A stretch of 64,000 nucleotides of DNA from Gemmatimonadales bacterium (GCA_038321865.1 JBBQFH010000008.1:1-64000), one strand, 5' to 3'; counted from the stretch's first letter, positions 17,957-27,517 are shown. A program made the numbers and translations. Notes: a model not told the origin generated them from the sequence alone.

Positions 17957-18190
17957 TCACTGGCGGTACCACATAAAGGTGCCACCATATGTTGACGAGC
18001 CGTCGAAGAGAACGTGCGTACCGGAGACTGTGCCGTCCGCGAACGCGCCCGAGAACGTCCAGAATGTGACAGCAATTGAATATGCACCAGTCACGTCGGG
18101 GTACCTCGGTGAGGTGTCAGTAGGATCTCCACAGCCAGGTAGCGCAGGCACTAAGGCGAGCAGCGTCCAAACGGCGGCGGAGTCCTCGGG
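17957..18190 (-). pseudogene. Possible lipoprotein remnant at island edge
   Basis: LLALVPALPGC lipobox-like segment without a clear in-frame start; locally lower GC. Confidence 0.25.
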
Positions 18191-18239
18191 TGCTCGTGAG
18201 ATTTCATCGCGGTACCGCCTTTTGACTCTCGCGACAAGA

Positions 18240-18269
18240 GGCCCAGCGTCACCAAAGTGACACTGGGCC
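18240..18269 (-). terminator. Hairpin just downstream of tRNA-Gln
   Basis: Minus strand GGCCCAGTGTCAC-TTTG-GTGACGCTGGGCC followed by TCTT. Confidence 0.5.
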
Positions 18270-18275
18270 CTCCGA

Positions 18276-18348
18276 TTGCCCCTCCTGGGCTCGAACCAGG
18301 ACTCTCCTGATCCAGAGTCAGGCGTGTTGCCAGTTACACCAAGGGGCA
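18276..18348 (-). tRNA. tRNA-Gln(CTG), CCA not encoded
   Basis: Acceptor stem TGCCCCT/AGGGGCA, anticodon arm CCTGA-CTCTGGA-TCAGG, T-loop TTCGAGC. Confidence 0.95.
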
Positions 18349-18390
18349 GAAAATCGGTTGTACCTGCCGCGCGCTCTGGAACGCGCTTCA

Positions 18391-18463
18391 TGGAGCTGAG
18401 GGGGATCGAACCCCTGACCTCACCGATGCGAACGGTGCGCTCTCCCAGCTGAGCTACAGCCCC
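18391..18463 (-). tRNA. tRNA-Ala(CGC), CCA not encoded
   Basis: Acceptor GGGGCTG/CAGCTCC with G3:U70, anticodon arm CACCG-TTCGCAT-CGGTG, T-loop TTCGATC. Confidence 0.95.
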
Positions 18464-18473
18464 GGAGGCGCCA

Positions 18474-18502
18474 AAACTAGTCCGCCGGTCCGGGGCCGTC
18501 AA
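18474..18502 (-). promoter_or_regulatory. Sigma70-like promoter for tRNA pair
   Basis: TTGACG-17bp-TAGTTT, 10 bp upstream of tRNA-Ala. Confidence 0.65.
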
Positions 18503-18552
18503 CCGCCCCGAGCGTACAGTCTAACCGATTGTGGAATCCGACGATAGGGCCG

Positions 18553-19470
18553 TCACGCCGGCTGGTACGGCACCTCCACGGTGAGTCCGTCCCGCGCGAT
18601 CGTCACCTCGGGAAAGACCGCCCGCGCCTCCGCCAGAAGCTCCGGCGCATCCCGCGTATACCGCGGACTGATGTGCGTCAGGATCAGCCGCCGTACCCCC
18701 GCCTCGCTCGCCACCCGTGCCGCTTCCGCCGCCGTCGAATGGCCCGTCTCCTGTGCCCGCTCCGCTTCCTCGTTCCCGAACGTCGCCTCGTGAATCAGCA
18801 GGTCGGCGCCGCGCGCGGCCTCCAGCACCGAGGCGCACGGCCTGGTGTCCCCCGAGTAGACCAGGCGCCTTCCCGGCCTCGGTGGGCCGACCAGCTCGGC
18901 CGGCGTCACCGTCCGGCCATCGGGCAGCGACACGTCCTGGCCCTTGTGGATCCGCCCCCAAAGCGGCCCTTCCGGAATCCCGAGCTCCACGGCACGCGCG
19001 GGATCGAACCGGCCCAGCCGTGCGGGCTCGACCAGCGCCCAGCCGATGGTGTCGGCGCGATGCTCGGTCTCGAACACCTCCAGCGCGTAGTCGCCGCGGT
19101 CGAGACGGTCACCGGCCTTCACCTCGACGATCTCGACCGGAAACCGGCTCCGCTCGATGCCCAGATTGACGGCGGCGCCAAGCAGCTTCGCGGCGCCCCG
19201 CGGGCCGTACAGAATGACGGGAAGGGTGCGGTCCTGGAGGCCGAGCGTCCGGAGCAGGCCGGTGACGCCCAGCATGTGGTCGGCGTGATAGTGGGAAAAG
19301 AAGATCTCGCGGAAGGCGAAGCTCGCGCCGTAGCGCATCATCTGCCGCTGCGTCCCCTCGCCGCAGTCGAACAGCAGCGTCTCCCCTTCCCGCGCCACCG
19401 CGAGCGCGCTGACGTTCCGCTCGATGCTGGGGCAGGCGGCGCCGGTGCCGAGGAAGGTGACGGTGAGCAT
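18553..19470 (-). CDS. rnz: Ribonuclease Z
   Basis: FLGTG, FDCGEGTQRQ, SHYHADH, GDTRP, HEATF, GHST, THISPRY. Confidence 0.95.
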   Translation of the reverse strand: MLTVTFLGTGAACPSIERNVSALAVAREGETLLFDCGEGTQRQMMRYGASFAFREIFFSHYHADHMLGVTGLLRTLGLQDRTLPVILYGPRGAAKLLGAAVNLGIERSRFPVEIVEVKAGDRLDRGDYALEVFETEHRADTIGWALVEPARLGRFDPARAVELGIPEGPLWGRIHKGQDVSLPDGRTVTPAELVGPPRPGRRLVYSGDTRPCASVLEAARGADLLIHEATFGNEEAERAQETGHSTAAEAARVASEAGVRRLILTHISPRYTRDAPELLAEARAVFPEVTIARDGLTVEVPYQPA

Positions 19471-19493
19471 GCGGAAAGGTAGCGGCGCCGCCG

Positions 19494-20405
19494 CTAGAAG
19501 ATCTTCACCGGCACCGTCAGCTGGATCTTCCCCGGGTGCTTCTTGATGTCCGCCATCAGCGAGTCCATCGACGCCGTGAGACCCACGATGTTGTGGTACA
19601 GCATGCTGTCGCTCGCCAGCTTGCCGAGGGTGCCTTCGCCGCGCTGGACCATGCCCAGGATCGAGTCGAAGCGGGCGCCCGTTTTGGTAAACTGGGCCGA
19701 CATCGCCGTCAGGTTCTGGGTGAGCGAGTCGGAGCGCTGCAGCGCCTTCTGCAGGCCCGGGCTCGCCAGCGTGCTGTCGAGCCGGAGGCCAAGCGCCCGG
19801 AACTGGGTCATGGTGCGCGTCAGCTCGGCGGTGGGACCCTTGTTCGGGTTGCCGTACAGCTCCATGGTGTGCTGCGCGGCGACCAGCGTCGCCTGCGCGG
19901 CAGCGGTGGTCGCACGAAGCTGGCGCACCATCTGGGTGTCCACCAGCTGCTGGATGCCGTAGAGCACGCTGTCGGCGCGGGCGCTGAGAGTCTTCGCGAT
20001 GTCGCTGAACCCCGGCTCCTCGGTGCCCTTGATCAGGGTGCCCTTGGGGAGCGGTGTGGCGGCGTGGCCGGGCTTGAAGTCCACACCGGCATCGCCCGTC
20101 AGATTGAGCGCGACGATCTGGGCCGACGCGTCGGTCTTCGGAATCAGGTCCTTGGGCAGGTTAATCTCGACGATCACGTGATCCTGATCGACCAGCGTGA
20201 TCTTCTGCACCTTCCCCTTGGTGACGCCGGCCACCCGCACCGGCGACGCCTCCTTCAGGTTGCCGACGTCGTGGAACTCGATCCGCGTGTGGTCGCCGGC
20301 CTTGAAGTCGCGCCCCTTGAGCCACATCGTGCCCAGGAAGAAGGCGACGAACCCGAGGACGACCAGCGTACCGACGGTGACTTCGCGCTTGTAATGGAGA
20401 TCCAT
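19494..20405 (-). CDS. mlaD: MCE/MlaD family lipid-binding protein
   Basis: N-terminal TM, L..SPV..AGV..GKV MCE motif, coiled coil, GEGTLGKL. Confidence 0.85.
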   Translation of the reverse strand: MDLHYKREVTVGTLVVLGFVAFFLGTMWLKGRDFKAGDHTRIEFHDVGNLKEASPVRVAGVTKGKVQKITLVDQDHVIVEINLPKDLIPKTDASAQIVALNLTGDAGVDFKPGHAATPLPKGTLIKGTEEPGFSDIAKTLSARADSVLYGIQQLVDTQMVRQLRATTAAAQATLVAAQHTMELYGNPNKGPTAELTRTMTQFRALGLRLDSTLASPGLQKALQRSDSLTQNLTAMSAQFTKTGARFDSILGMVQRGEGTLGKLASDSMLYHNIVGLTASMDSLMADIKKHPGKIQLTVPVKIF

Positions 20406-20414
20406 GGACTCGGC

Positions 20415-21170
20415 TCAGGCCGCAGCGGTGGAAGGGTCTTCAAAGTCGCGCTCGAGGAACTCCTTGACCTTGGGGAGCTCCGACGCGCGGAATTCTTCGG
20501 GCGTGCCCTGCATGATGATCTTGCCGCCGCTCAGGAGCGCCAGCCGGTCCGCGACCCGGAACGCACCGCGCACGTCGTGGGTGACCATCACGCTGGTCAC
20601 GCCGAGCTCGCTGGCCAGCCGCTCCACCAGGCCGTCGATGATGTCCGAGTTGACCGGGTCGAGACCCGACGTTGGCTCGTCATAGAGCAGGTACTTCGGC
20701 TCGCCGACGATGGCCCGTGCGATACCGACGCGCTTCCGCATCCCGCCCGACAGCTCCGCCGGATACTTGTTGATGACGTCGGCCGGCAGGTTGACCAGTT
20801 TGACCACCTGGGCCACCCGGTTCTTCGAGTACTCAGCGTCGTCATATTTCTCCTCGTCGGAGATGCCGAGCCGGATGTTCTCGAAGACGTTGTCGGAATC
20901 GAACAGCGCCCCGTTCTGGAAGACGTAGCCGATCCTGTAGCGCAGCTCGGCCAGCGCCTTCCGCTTGAGGCGGCCGACTACCAGACCGTCCACCAGCACC
21001 TGCCCCCGGTCCGGCTTGATCAACCCGATGATGTGCTTGAGCAGCACGCTCTTGCCGGTGCCCGACGGCCCCAGGAGCGCGACCGTCTCCCCGTCCTGGA
21101 CCACGAAGTCGACGCCGTCGAGGATGACCTGCTCGCCGAAGCGCTTCTTGACCCCGCGCAGCTCGATCAT
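20415..21170 (-). CDS. mlaF: ABC ATPase MlaF/Mkl
   Basis: GPSGTGKS, FQNGALFDS, LSGGMRKR, YDEPTSGLDP. Confidence 0.92.
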   Translation of the reverse strand: MIELRGVKKRFGEQVILDGVDFVVQDGETVALLGPSGTGKSVLLKHIIGLIKPDRGQVLVDGLVVGRLKRKALAELRYRIGYVFQNGALFDSDNVFENIRLGISDEEKYDDAEYSKNRVAQVVKLVNLPADVINKYPAELSGGMRKRVGIARAIVGEPKYLLYDEPTSGLDPVNSDIIDGLVERLASELGVTSVMVTHDVRGAFRVADRLALLSGGKIIMQGTPEEFRASELPKVKEFLERDFEDPSTAAA

Positions 21171-21180
21171 GAATTCGGCA

Positions 21181-21972
21181 TCAGTTGAGGAGCAGCTTCG
21201 CGAGCAGCGTGTCGAGCAGCAGGATGAGGACCGAGCTGCTTACCACTGCGGCGGTGGTCGAGCGGCCGACGCCTTCGGCGCCCTGCCCCGTGCTGAAGCC
21301 CATGTAGCACGGAATGATGGTGATCGCCCCCGCGAAGAAGAACGCCTTGATCAGCGAGTAGTACGCGTCGAACGGCCGCCAGAACGCCTGCGCCCCGTAG
21401 GCGAAGTCGGCGTTGGTCAGCGGCAGCACCTGCTTCGCCGCCCACCAGCCGGCACCCACCCCGACGATGTCGGCGAAGATGACCAGCACCGGGATCATCA
21501 CCAGCCCCGCCACGACCCGCGGGATGATCAGGTGCGACGCCGGCGACCGCCCCAGGCTCTCCAGCGCGTCGATCTGCTCGGTGACCCGCATGGTGCCCAG
21601 CTCGGCGGCGTACCGCGCACCGATGCGGCCCGCCAGGATGAGGCCGACCAGCACCGGCCCCAGCTCCAGCACGATCGACTCCGTCACCAGCGTGCCGACC
21701 ACGTAGTACGGAAGACTGCCGGTGAACTGGTACCCCGCCTGGAGCGCGGTCACCGCCCCGGCGAACGCCGAGACGAGCAGCACGATGAAGAGGCTGCCCA
21801 CGCCGATGTTCCACGCCTCGATGAACGCGCGGGGAACCCAGATCCGCACTTCCTTGAGGCCGCGAACGATCTCGACGACGAGCATGGCGACGCGCCCGAC
21901 GTTCGCCATGCTCCCAATGAGCCAGCGGCCGACGAGAACGCGCGGATCTGATGTGGTCGTGGCCGCTGGCAT
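21181..21972 (-). CDS. mlaE: ABC permease MlaE (start may be 21909)
   Basis: ELGPVL...AGRIGA..AAELGTMRVTEQIDALE, GAEGVGRSTT. Confidence 0.92.
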   Translation of the reverse strand: MPAATTTSDPRVLVGRWLIGSMANVGRVAMLVVEIVRGLKEVRIWVPRAFIEAWNIGVGSLFIVLLVSAFAGAVTALQAGYQFTGSLPYYVVGTLVTESIVLELGPVLVGLILAGRIGARYAAELGTMRVTEQIDALESLGRSPASHLIIPRVVAGLVMIPVLVIFADIVGVGAGWWAAKQVLPLTNADFAYGAQAFWRPFDAYYSLIKAFFFAGAITIIPCYMGFSTGQGAEGVGRSTTAAVVSSSVLILLLDTLLAKLLLN

Positions 21973-21992
21973 GTCGTGTATCTTGCTCCACC

Positions 21993-22715
21993 ATGGCTCG
22001 TAAGTCTACCCCTCGCATACCCCCGCGCGCGGCGGAGTTCCGCCGGCGCCTCGTCAAGTGGTACGCCCTTGCGGCCCGCCCGCTTCCCTGGCGGGAAACG
22101 CGTGACCCGTATCACGTTATCGTATCCGAATTCATGCTGCAGCAGACCCAGGTTTCCCGGGTCGAAGCGTACTACCACCGATTCCTTGATCAATACCCCA
22201 CCATCCGGCATCTGGCCGATGCCGCACCAGCCGCGGTGCACGAGAGCTGGCAGGGGCTCGGCTACTACCGACGCGCCGCCAACCTCCATCGCCTGGCGCG
22301 GGAGGTTGTGCGTGACCATGCGGGGATTGTTCCGAGCGATCCGTTCGAGCTGCGCCGGCTGCCGGGTGTCGGCCGCTACACCGCGGGCGCGGTGGCGAGC
22401 TTTGCCTACGAGCGCTCGACGCCGGCGGTGGACACCAACGTCGCCCGCGTGCTCCGTCGCGCGTTCCATCCCCGCCTCGCCCCGACGGCCGCGGAACACC
22501 GGCTCTGGGACACGGCCGAGCGGATCGTCCCCCGCCGGGGCGCGGCGGCGTGGACCTTCAATCAGGCGATCATGGAGCTGGGAGCGCTGGTGTGCACCGC
22601 ACGCGTGGCGCGCTGCGGCGAGTGCCCGGTCCGGGCGGCCTGCTCGACCGGGCGGCGTACGGCAGCTACATCAGCGAGCCGTGCATCAGCATCATCCCGG
22701 CGAACAGCGCGGTAA
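21993..22715 (+). CDS. mutY: A/G-specific adenine glycosylase, short form
   Basis: LPWR, VSEFMLQQTQV, WQGLGYYRRA, LPGVGRYTA HhH, VDTNV, C-X6-C-X2-C-X5-C Fe-S motif. Confidence 0.9.
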   Translation: MARKSTPRIPPRAAEFRRRLVKWYALAARPLPWRETRDPYHVIVSEFMLQQTQVSRVEAYYHRFLDQYPTIRHLADAAPAAVHESWQGLGYYRRAANLHRLAREVVRDHAGIVPSDPFELRRLPGVGRYTAGAVASFAYERSTPAVDTNVARVLRRAFHPRLAPTAAEHRLWDTAERIVPRRGAAAWTFNQAIMELGALVCTARVARCGECPVRAACSTGRRTAATSASRASASSRRTAR

Positions 22716-23133
22716 GCGCCAGCACGCCGGCGATCGTGCTGACCAGCTTCTGCCGCTGGCGCAGCTCGTCGAACCAGGGCCCTTCCTTGCCGGTGGGATC
22801 GAGCCGCCCGAGCTTGGCCGCCGTCGGCAGGCTGATGAAGAGCGTGAGGAGCCCCGCCACCGCGCCGCACCCCTGCATCAGGATCAGCCAGAGATCAGCG
22901 CCGGGAAACCGGGTGCCGGTGTTCCGGAAAGTGAGCAGCACCCCGGCGAGCACCGTGATCAGCGCGCCGGGACCGACCAGGGTGCGGTAGACCAGCGACT
23001 GGGCGCGGACGATCGCGCCCAGTGTCCCGCGGTCCTCCCGCTTGCCGGCGATCCCCGCCACCATCACCGCCAATGCGCCGCCGATCCAGAGCGTGAAGCC
23101 GAGCAGGTGGAGAAAGAGCCAGATCCGGGTCAT
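22666..23133 (-). CDS. Four-TM membrane protein (DUF2269/CopD-like)
   Basis: FLHLLG..WIGG, four hydrophobic helices; ATGA overlap with upstream gene. Confidence 0.65.
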   Translation of the reverse strand: MTRIWLFLHLLGFTLWIGGALAVMVAGIAGKREDRGTLGAIVRAQSLVYRTLVGPGALITVLAGVLLTFRNTGTRFPGADLWLILMQGCGAVAGLLTLFISLPTAAKLGRLDPTGKEGPWFDELRQRQKLVSTIAGVLALTALFAGMMLMHGSLM

Positions 23134-23555
23134 CGCATCTCTCCGGTGGGAACGGCGGTGTCGATCGGCTGGCGGCCGGCGGCGCCGGCGTTGAGCTCGT
23201 GCCAGTTGGTGATGCGCTCCTCGCCCAGCCGCCAGCAGAGGAAGATGGGGCGGTCGTCCCGCAGCGAATAGAAGTCCACCAGCCCCACATCGAACCCCTT
23301 GAAGAGGCAGCCGATCGACTCCATCTCCTCGAGATAGTCGTTGATGCGGGCCGCGTGGGCCGCCACCGTCTCGCGCGCGGCGAGCAGCTCGCCGGTCTCG
23401 CCCCAGTCGGCCCGGGCGCCGCCGGTGAGCACCTCGTAGCGCGCCACCGCCTCGCGCCACGCCGGATACTCGGCCAGCAGGTCGGAGACGATGCGCCGCA
23501 CCAGCGGCAGCGTGCGCTCCGCTTCGGCCAGGGTGAAGAGCTTGAACTCGGCCAT
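23130..23555 (-). CDS. DUF2203 family protein
   Basis: FTLAEAERTLPLV, GLVDF, FLCWRLGE..I..WH...G.AGRQPI. Confidence 0.85.
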   Translation of the reverse strand: MAEFKLFTLAEAERTLPLVRRIVSDLLAEYPAWREAVARYEVLTGGARADWGETGELLAARETVAAHAARINDYLEEMESIGCLFKGFDVGLVDFYSLRDDRPIFLCWRLGEERITNWHELNAGAAGRQPIDTAVPTGEMR

Positions 23556-23556
23556 G

Positions 23557-23964
23557 CTAGGCCAGGACGATGGTGATCCCCGCGACCTGCTCGGGGTGGC
23601 TGATGAAGCCGACGACCCGCGAGTCGTCATCCACCACGGTGATGGTGGCGCGGAGATGCGACTCGTTGGGATCGTGATCCAGCCGGAGCTGGTAGCCGTC
23701 GAGCTCCTGCGAGGGCGTCACCACCGGCGAGTTGGTGCGCATCAGCTCGTCGGCGCGTGTGTGCATCGGGTGCTTGGCCGCGGCGACGCAGCGGGTGACG
23801 ATATCGCGGTCGCTCAAGGTGCCGAGGAAGCGGCGGGTGCGGTGATCGTCCACCACGGGGACGACGGAGATGTTGCGGTCGCGGAACATGATGGCGACTT
23901 CACTCGCCATCGCGCCGGCCACGGCGACGATCGGGTCCTTCACCATCAATTCTGAGGCGTGCAT
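23557..23964 (-). CDS. CBS domain protein
   Basis: VPVVDD...GTLSDRDI, ELM, VVDD...VGFIS. Confidence 0.8.
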   Translation of the reverse strand: MHASELMVKDPIVAVAGAMASEVAIMFRDRNISVVPVVDDHRTRRFLGTLSDRDIVTRCVAAAKHPMHTRADELMRTNSPVVTPSQELDGYQLRLDHDPNESHLRATITVVDDDSRVVGFISHPEQVAGITIVLA

Positions 23965-24016
23965 CGGTGTTCCAGTCTGACGAGGCCTTCGCAATCTGCG
24001 CCCCGCGGCCGAGGGG

Positions 24017-24841
24017 TCAAGGGCCCTCGCCGGCCAGCACCGCGCGGGTTGCGCGATATCCCTCGGCGGCGTACTCCCGCGCCCGGTCCACCCGGAAGGT
24101 GGCGTTCCGCTCCACCCGGGGGCGCACGTAGATCAGCGGCGGCTTCGTCGAATCCCCCCGCCAGAGTGCCAGCTGCAGCACGGTGTTCGCCGCCATCAGG
24201 ATGCCGCAGGCGTCACTGTGGGCGCGGAGCAGCGCGGGATAGGACGACGGGCCGGCGATGAGCTCGTCGAACCCGGGGCCGATGTCCACCGCGACGACGT
24301 GATCGGCGTCGGCCGCCGCCGCCTCGAGCGGCACCACGCCGCGAAGCCCGCCATCGCCGCACCGGCGCCCGTCGATCACGACCGCCGGATAGAAGAGCGG
24401 CAGCGCGCACGATGCCATCAGCGCATCCATCAGCGGCACGTCGCGCCCGCCGTGGCCGAACAGCACCGGCTCGCCGGTGTCGAGATCCACGGTCGTGACG
24501 GTGAGCGGGAGCCGGAGCTCGCCGAAGCTGCGGGCCGGAATGAACCACTCCAGCGCCCGGCGCAGCGGCTCCGGCTTCATCAGCGATTCGAGATAGAGCC
24601 CGCCGAGCGGCGCCAGGATCGAGCGGGCGATTCCCTTCCGTCCGGCCTCGACCAGGCGCTCCAGTACGTCATCCGGCCCGAGCCCCGCGGCGAAGCCCGC
24701 GCCGATCACCGCCCCCATCGATGTGCCCACGTAGCGGGTCGGCGCGAACCCCGCCTCGGTGAGCGCCCGAACCGAGCCGGCGTGGGCCGCCGCCTTGGCG
24801 CCCCCGCCGCTCAGCGCCGCGACGACCCGCCGCTCCGTCAC
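24017..24841 (-). CDS. Patatin-like phospholipase
   Basis: LSGGGAK, GTSMG nucleophile, DGG. Confidence 0.9.
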   Translation of the reverse strand: MTERRVVAALSGGGAKAAAHAGSVRALTEAGFAPTRYVGTSMGAVIGAGFAAGLGPDDVLERLVEAGRKGIARSILAPLGGLYLESLMKPEPLRRALEWFIPARSFGELRLPLTVTTVDLDTGEPVLFGHGGRDVPLMDALMASCALPLFYPAVVIDGRRCGDGGLRGVVPLEAAAADADHVVAVDIGPGFDELIAGPSSYPALLRAHSDACGILMAANTVLQLALWRGDSTKPPLIYVRPRVERNATFRVDRAREYAAEGYRATRAVLAGEGP

Positions 24842-25299
24842 GCCTTGGACCGTTCCCGGTGCAGCCGCGCCCGCTCGTGCCGCTCGATCTCTTCCGCCGA
24901 GCCGGGAATCAGCCGCGGCACCCGTGTCGGCCGCCCGGTCTCGTCGATCGCGACGAAGACCACGTGCGCCGTATGCGTGTGCCGCCGCTCGCCGGTGCTT
25001 ACCGTCTCGGAGAAGACCTCGACGGTGATGTCCATCGAGCTGTTGCCGACGAAGTCCACGGTCGCGAGGCAGCTGACGAGCGAGCCGACCGGGATCCGCT
25101 CGCGGAAATCCACCCGGTCGATGCTGGCGGTGACGGCGGGGCCTCCCGCGTGCCGGATGGCGGCCACCGCCGCCGCCTGGTCCACCAGCGACATCAGGTG
25201 CCCGCCGAACAGATCGCCCAGCACGTTCTGCATGTGCGGCATGACGAACGTCGTGATCTCGCCGCGGGAGAACGACATCGGGCGGGACTCGGGAAGCAT
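24838..25299 (-). CDS. Hotdog-fold acyl-CoA thioesterase
   Basis: N..GDLFGG.LM..VD, VTASID, VGNSSM, VFVAID. Confidence 0.9.
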   Translation of the reverse strand: MLPESRPMSFSRGEITTFVMPHMQNVLGDLFGGHLMSLVDQAAAVAAIRHAGGPAVTASIDRVDFRERIPVGSLVSCLATVDFVGNSSMDITVEVFSETVSTGERRHTHTAHVVFVAIDETGRPTRVPRLIPGSAEEIERHERARLHRERSKA

Positions 25300-25330
25300 G
25301 GCGTTCCGCGGTCGGGGATCGAGGTGCGGG

Positions 25331-27103
25331 TTAATAGTCTACCGGCCTCAGGTAGTACTCGCCGATGGCGGTCTGGCTCACCATCGCGACGGTGGGAAGG
25401 CGCCGCTTCCAGTGGGTCGAGTCGAGCCGGCGGCGCACCAGCGCCACCTCGTCCGCCGTGAAGCCCCGGGCCACGACCTCTTCGGCCCGGAAGCCGAGCA
25501 GCAGCCAGTGAAGGATGAGATCGGCCCGGAGATAGGAGATGCCGAAGTCGCCCTCGTCGGTCTGGCCATGGATCAGGTCGGCACTGGCCGGCTTGTCGAT
25601 GATGACGTCGGGCACGCCCACATGGCGCGCCAGCTGCCAGACCTGGGTCTTGAACAGATCGCCGATCGGGTTGACCGGCGGTGAATCATCGGCGTGCCAG
25701 GTGAAGTAACCCAGCAGGCGCTCCGTCTTGTTGCCGGTGCCGACCGGGAGCGCGTTGAGCGCCGCGGACAGGTCGAACAGCGTGATCATGCGAGTGCGCG
25801 CCATGATGTTGCCCAGCCGGGCCGGCGTCGGCGGGTCGCCGACGGCGCCGGCCAGCGCATCCACCGCCGCGCTGATCTCCACCGTGCGCATCTCGATGCC
25901 CAGCGCGCCGGCCACGAGCTCGGCGTGCTGCAGGCTTTCCGGACTCGACGTGCGATACGGCATCCGCACCGCGATCACATTCTCCGGACCGAGCGCCTCC
26001 GCAGCGAGATGCGCGGCGAGCGCACTGTCCACCCCGCCCGAGAGCCCGATGATCGCCCTGGTGAAGCCGCGGCGCCGGGTGAGCTCGTCGCGAAGGAACT
26101 CGACCAGCCAGCGCCGCGCCAGCGGCGCCTCGATCGCCAGCGTGTCGGGCGAGGTGAACGCCGCCGTCTCGCTCGGCGTGTATGCCTCCCTCGGCACCGC
26201 GGACGGGACGGCCCGTGTCGTCGCGGCCCCGCCGCGTTCGGGCACCGACGCAAGCAGATGCGGCAGCCGCATTTCGAGATCGGACAGGAGCGGCGCGTCG
26301 GCCCGGGCGCGGGTGATCTCGTCGAAGTCGACCGTGCCCGCCAGCACCGCTTCATCGAACACCGGTCCGCGCACCGTGAGCGTTCCATCGGGCGCCGCCA
26401 GGAGCGACCCACCCGGAAACGCCTTGCCGCCCTCGAATCCCACCAGCTGCGCGAGGGCGACGTAGACGCCGTGCTCGCTCGCGATTCCCTGGATGATGCG
26501 CTCCCAGCGCGAGAGACTCGACGGCCGCCCGGGGTCGGCGTCGGGCTCGATACCGCGCGCGGGGCTGGCGCTCGGCACGAGAATGAGCTGGGCGCCGTCG
26601 AGCGCACCGAGCATGGGAACCACCGAGTGCCACGCATCCTCGCAGATGAGCATCGCCTCGCGGCCCCAGCGGGTGTCGAACGCCTGCACCGACCGGCCCG
26701 GCTCGACGAAGCGCTCCTCGTCGAACACGCCGTAGGTGGGCAGGAAGATCTTCCGATGCACGTGACGGATGCCGGCGTCGGTGCCGCCGAGCGAGGCGTA
26801 GAGCGCGGAGTTGTGCAGGCGGTTGTCGCGCACCTCGTAGAAGCCGAGGGCCACGTCGAGCGGCGGCGCGCCGGAACGCGCGTGTTCGCCGCTCAGGTCG
26901 TCGAAGAGGCGTTCGGCGGTGAGCGCCAGCTCCCGCACCGCGCCTTCGACGAAGTAACCGGTGAGCGCCGTCTCGGGGGCGATGACCAGCGCGGGCGGCC
27001 GGTCCCACGCCCCGACCTCGCGAAACACCCCGCCGAAGCGGCGCAGGTTCTCGGCGTACGCCCCTTTGCTCGGGCGGAGCTGGGCAATGGCGAGATGGAG
27101 CAT
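25331..27103 (-). CDS. nadE: Glutamine-dependent NAD+ synthetase
   Basis: Nitrilase domain (PET, HRK, ICEDAWH) plus GLSGGVDS, NIMARTRM, GTGNKTE, KPASADL. Confidence 0.93.
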   Translation of the reverse strand: MLHLAIAQLRPSKGAYAENLRRFGGVFREVGAWDRPPALVIAPETALTGYFVEGAVRELALTAERLFDDLSGEHARSGAPPLDVALGFYEVRDNRLHNSALYASLGGTDAGIRHVHRKIFLPTYGVFDEERFVEPGRSVQAFDTRWGREAMLICEDAWHSVVPMLGALDGAQLILVPSASPARGIEPDADPGRPSSLSRWERIIQGIASEHGVYVALAQLVGFEGGKAFPGGSLLAAPDGTLTVRGPVFDEAVLAGTVDFDEITRARADAPLLSDLEMRLPHLLASVPERGGAATTRAVPSAVPREAYTPSETAAFTSPDTLAIEAPLARRWLVEFLRDELTRRRGFTRAIIGLSGGVDSALAAHLAAEALGPENVIAVRMPYRTSSPESLQHAELVAGALGIEMRTVEISAAVDALAGAVGDPPTPARLGNIMARTRMITLFDLSAALNALPVGTGNKTERLLGYFTWHADDSPPVNPIGDLFKTQVWQLARHVGVPDVIIDKPASADLIHGQTDEGDFGISYLRADLILHWLLLGFRAEEVVARGFTADEVALVRRRLDSTHWKRRLPTVAMVSQTAIGEYYLRPVDY

Positions 27104-27124
27104 GGTCGTGGTAATGTAGAGCCC

Positions 27125-27517
27125 ATGGGCATGATCTGGTACATCGCGGCCGGCAGCGCGCTGGGCGGCGTCAGCCGCTATCTGATCGGCGGGTTGGTGC
27201 AGCGCGCGGCCGGGCCGGCGTTCCCGACCGGCACGCTCATCGTCAACGTCACCGGGTCGTTCCTGCTGGGGCTGGTAATCGCCTATGCGATCGAGACGCC
27301 GTCGGTCAGCTCGGAGCTGCGCGCCTTTCTGACGATCGGGTTCTGCGGCGGCTATACCACCTTTTCGACCTTCAGCTTCGAGGCGACCCGGATGCTGCAG
27401 ACCGGTGCGTGGGCGCGGGCGGGTCTCTACGTAGGGCTGAGCGTCCTCCTGTCGCTCGGCGCCATCGCGACCGGTCTCCTTGCCGCACGGCAGCTCATAC
27501 TGCTTCGCCTCCGTTGA
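27125..27517 (+). CDS. crcB: Fluoride efflux channel FluC/CrcB
   Basis: GGVSRY, FPTGTLIVNVTGSFLLG, GFCGGYTTFSTF. Confidence 0.93.
   Translation: MGMIWYIAAGSALGGVSRYLIGGLVQRAAGPAFPTGTLIVNVTGSFLLGLVIAYAIETPSVSSELRAFLTIGFCGGYTTFSTFSFEATRMLQTGAWARAGLYVGLSVLLSLGAIATGLLAARQLILLRLR

Noticed and set aside
1..18275. Integrase, transposase or att direct repeat for the island
   Set aside because: None visible within the window, so no mobile_element feature was called
18276..18502. 181-aa ORF 17957-18502 running through the tRNAs
   Set aside because: Its N-terminal part is translated tRNA sequence
27104..27124. Fluoride riboswitch upstream of fluC
   Set aside because: Only 21 bp intergenic and no recognisable riboswitch consensus
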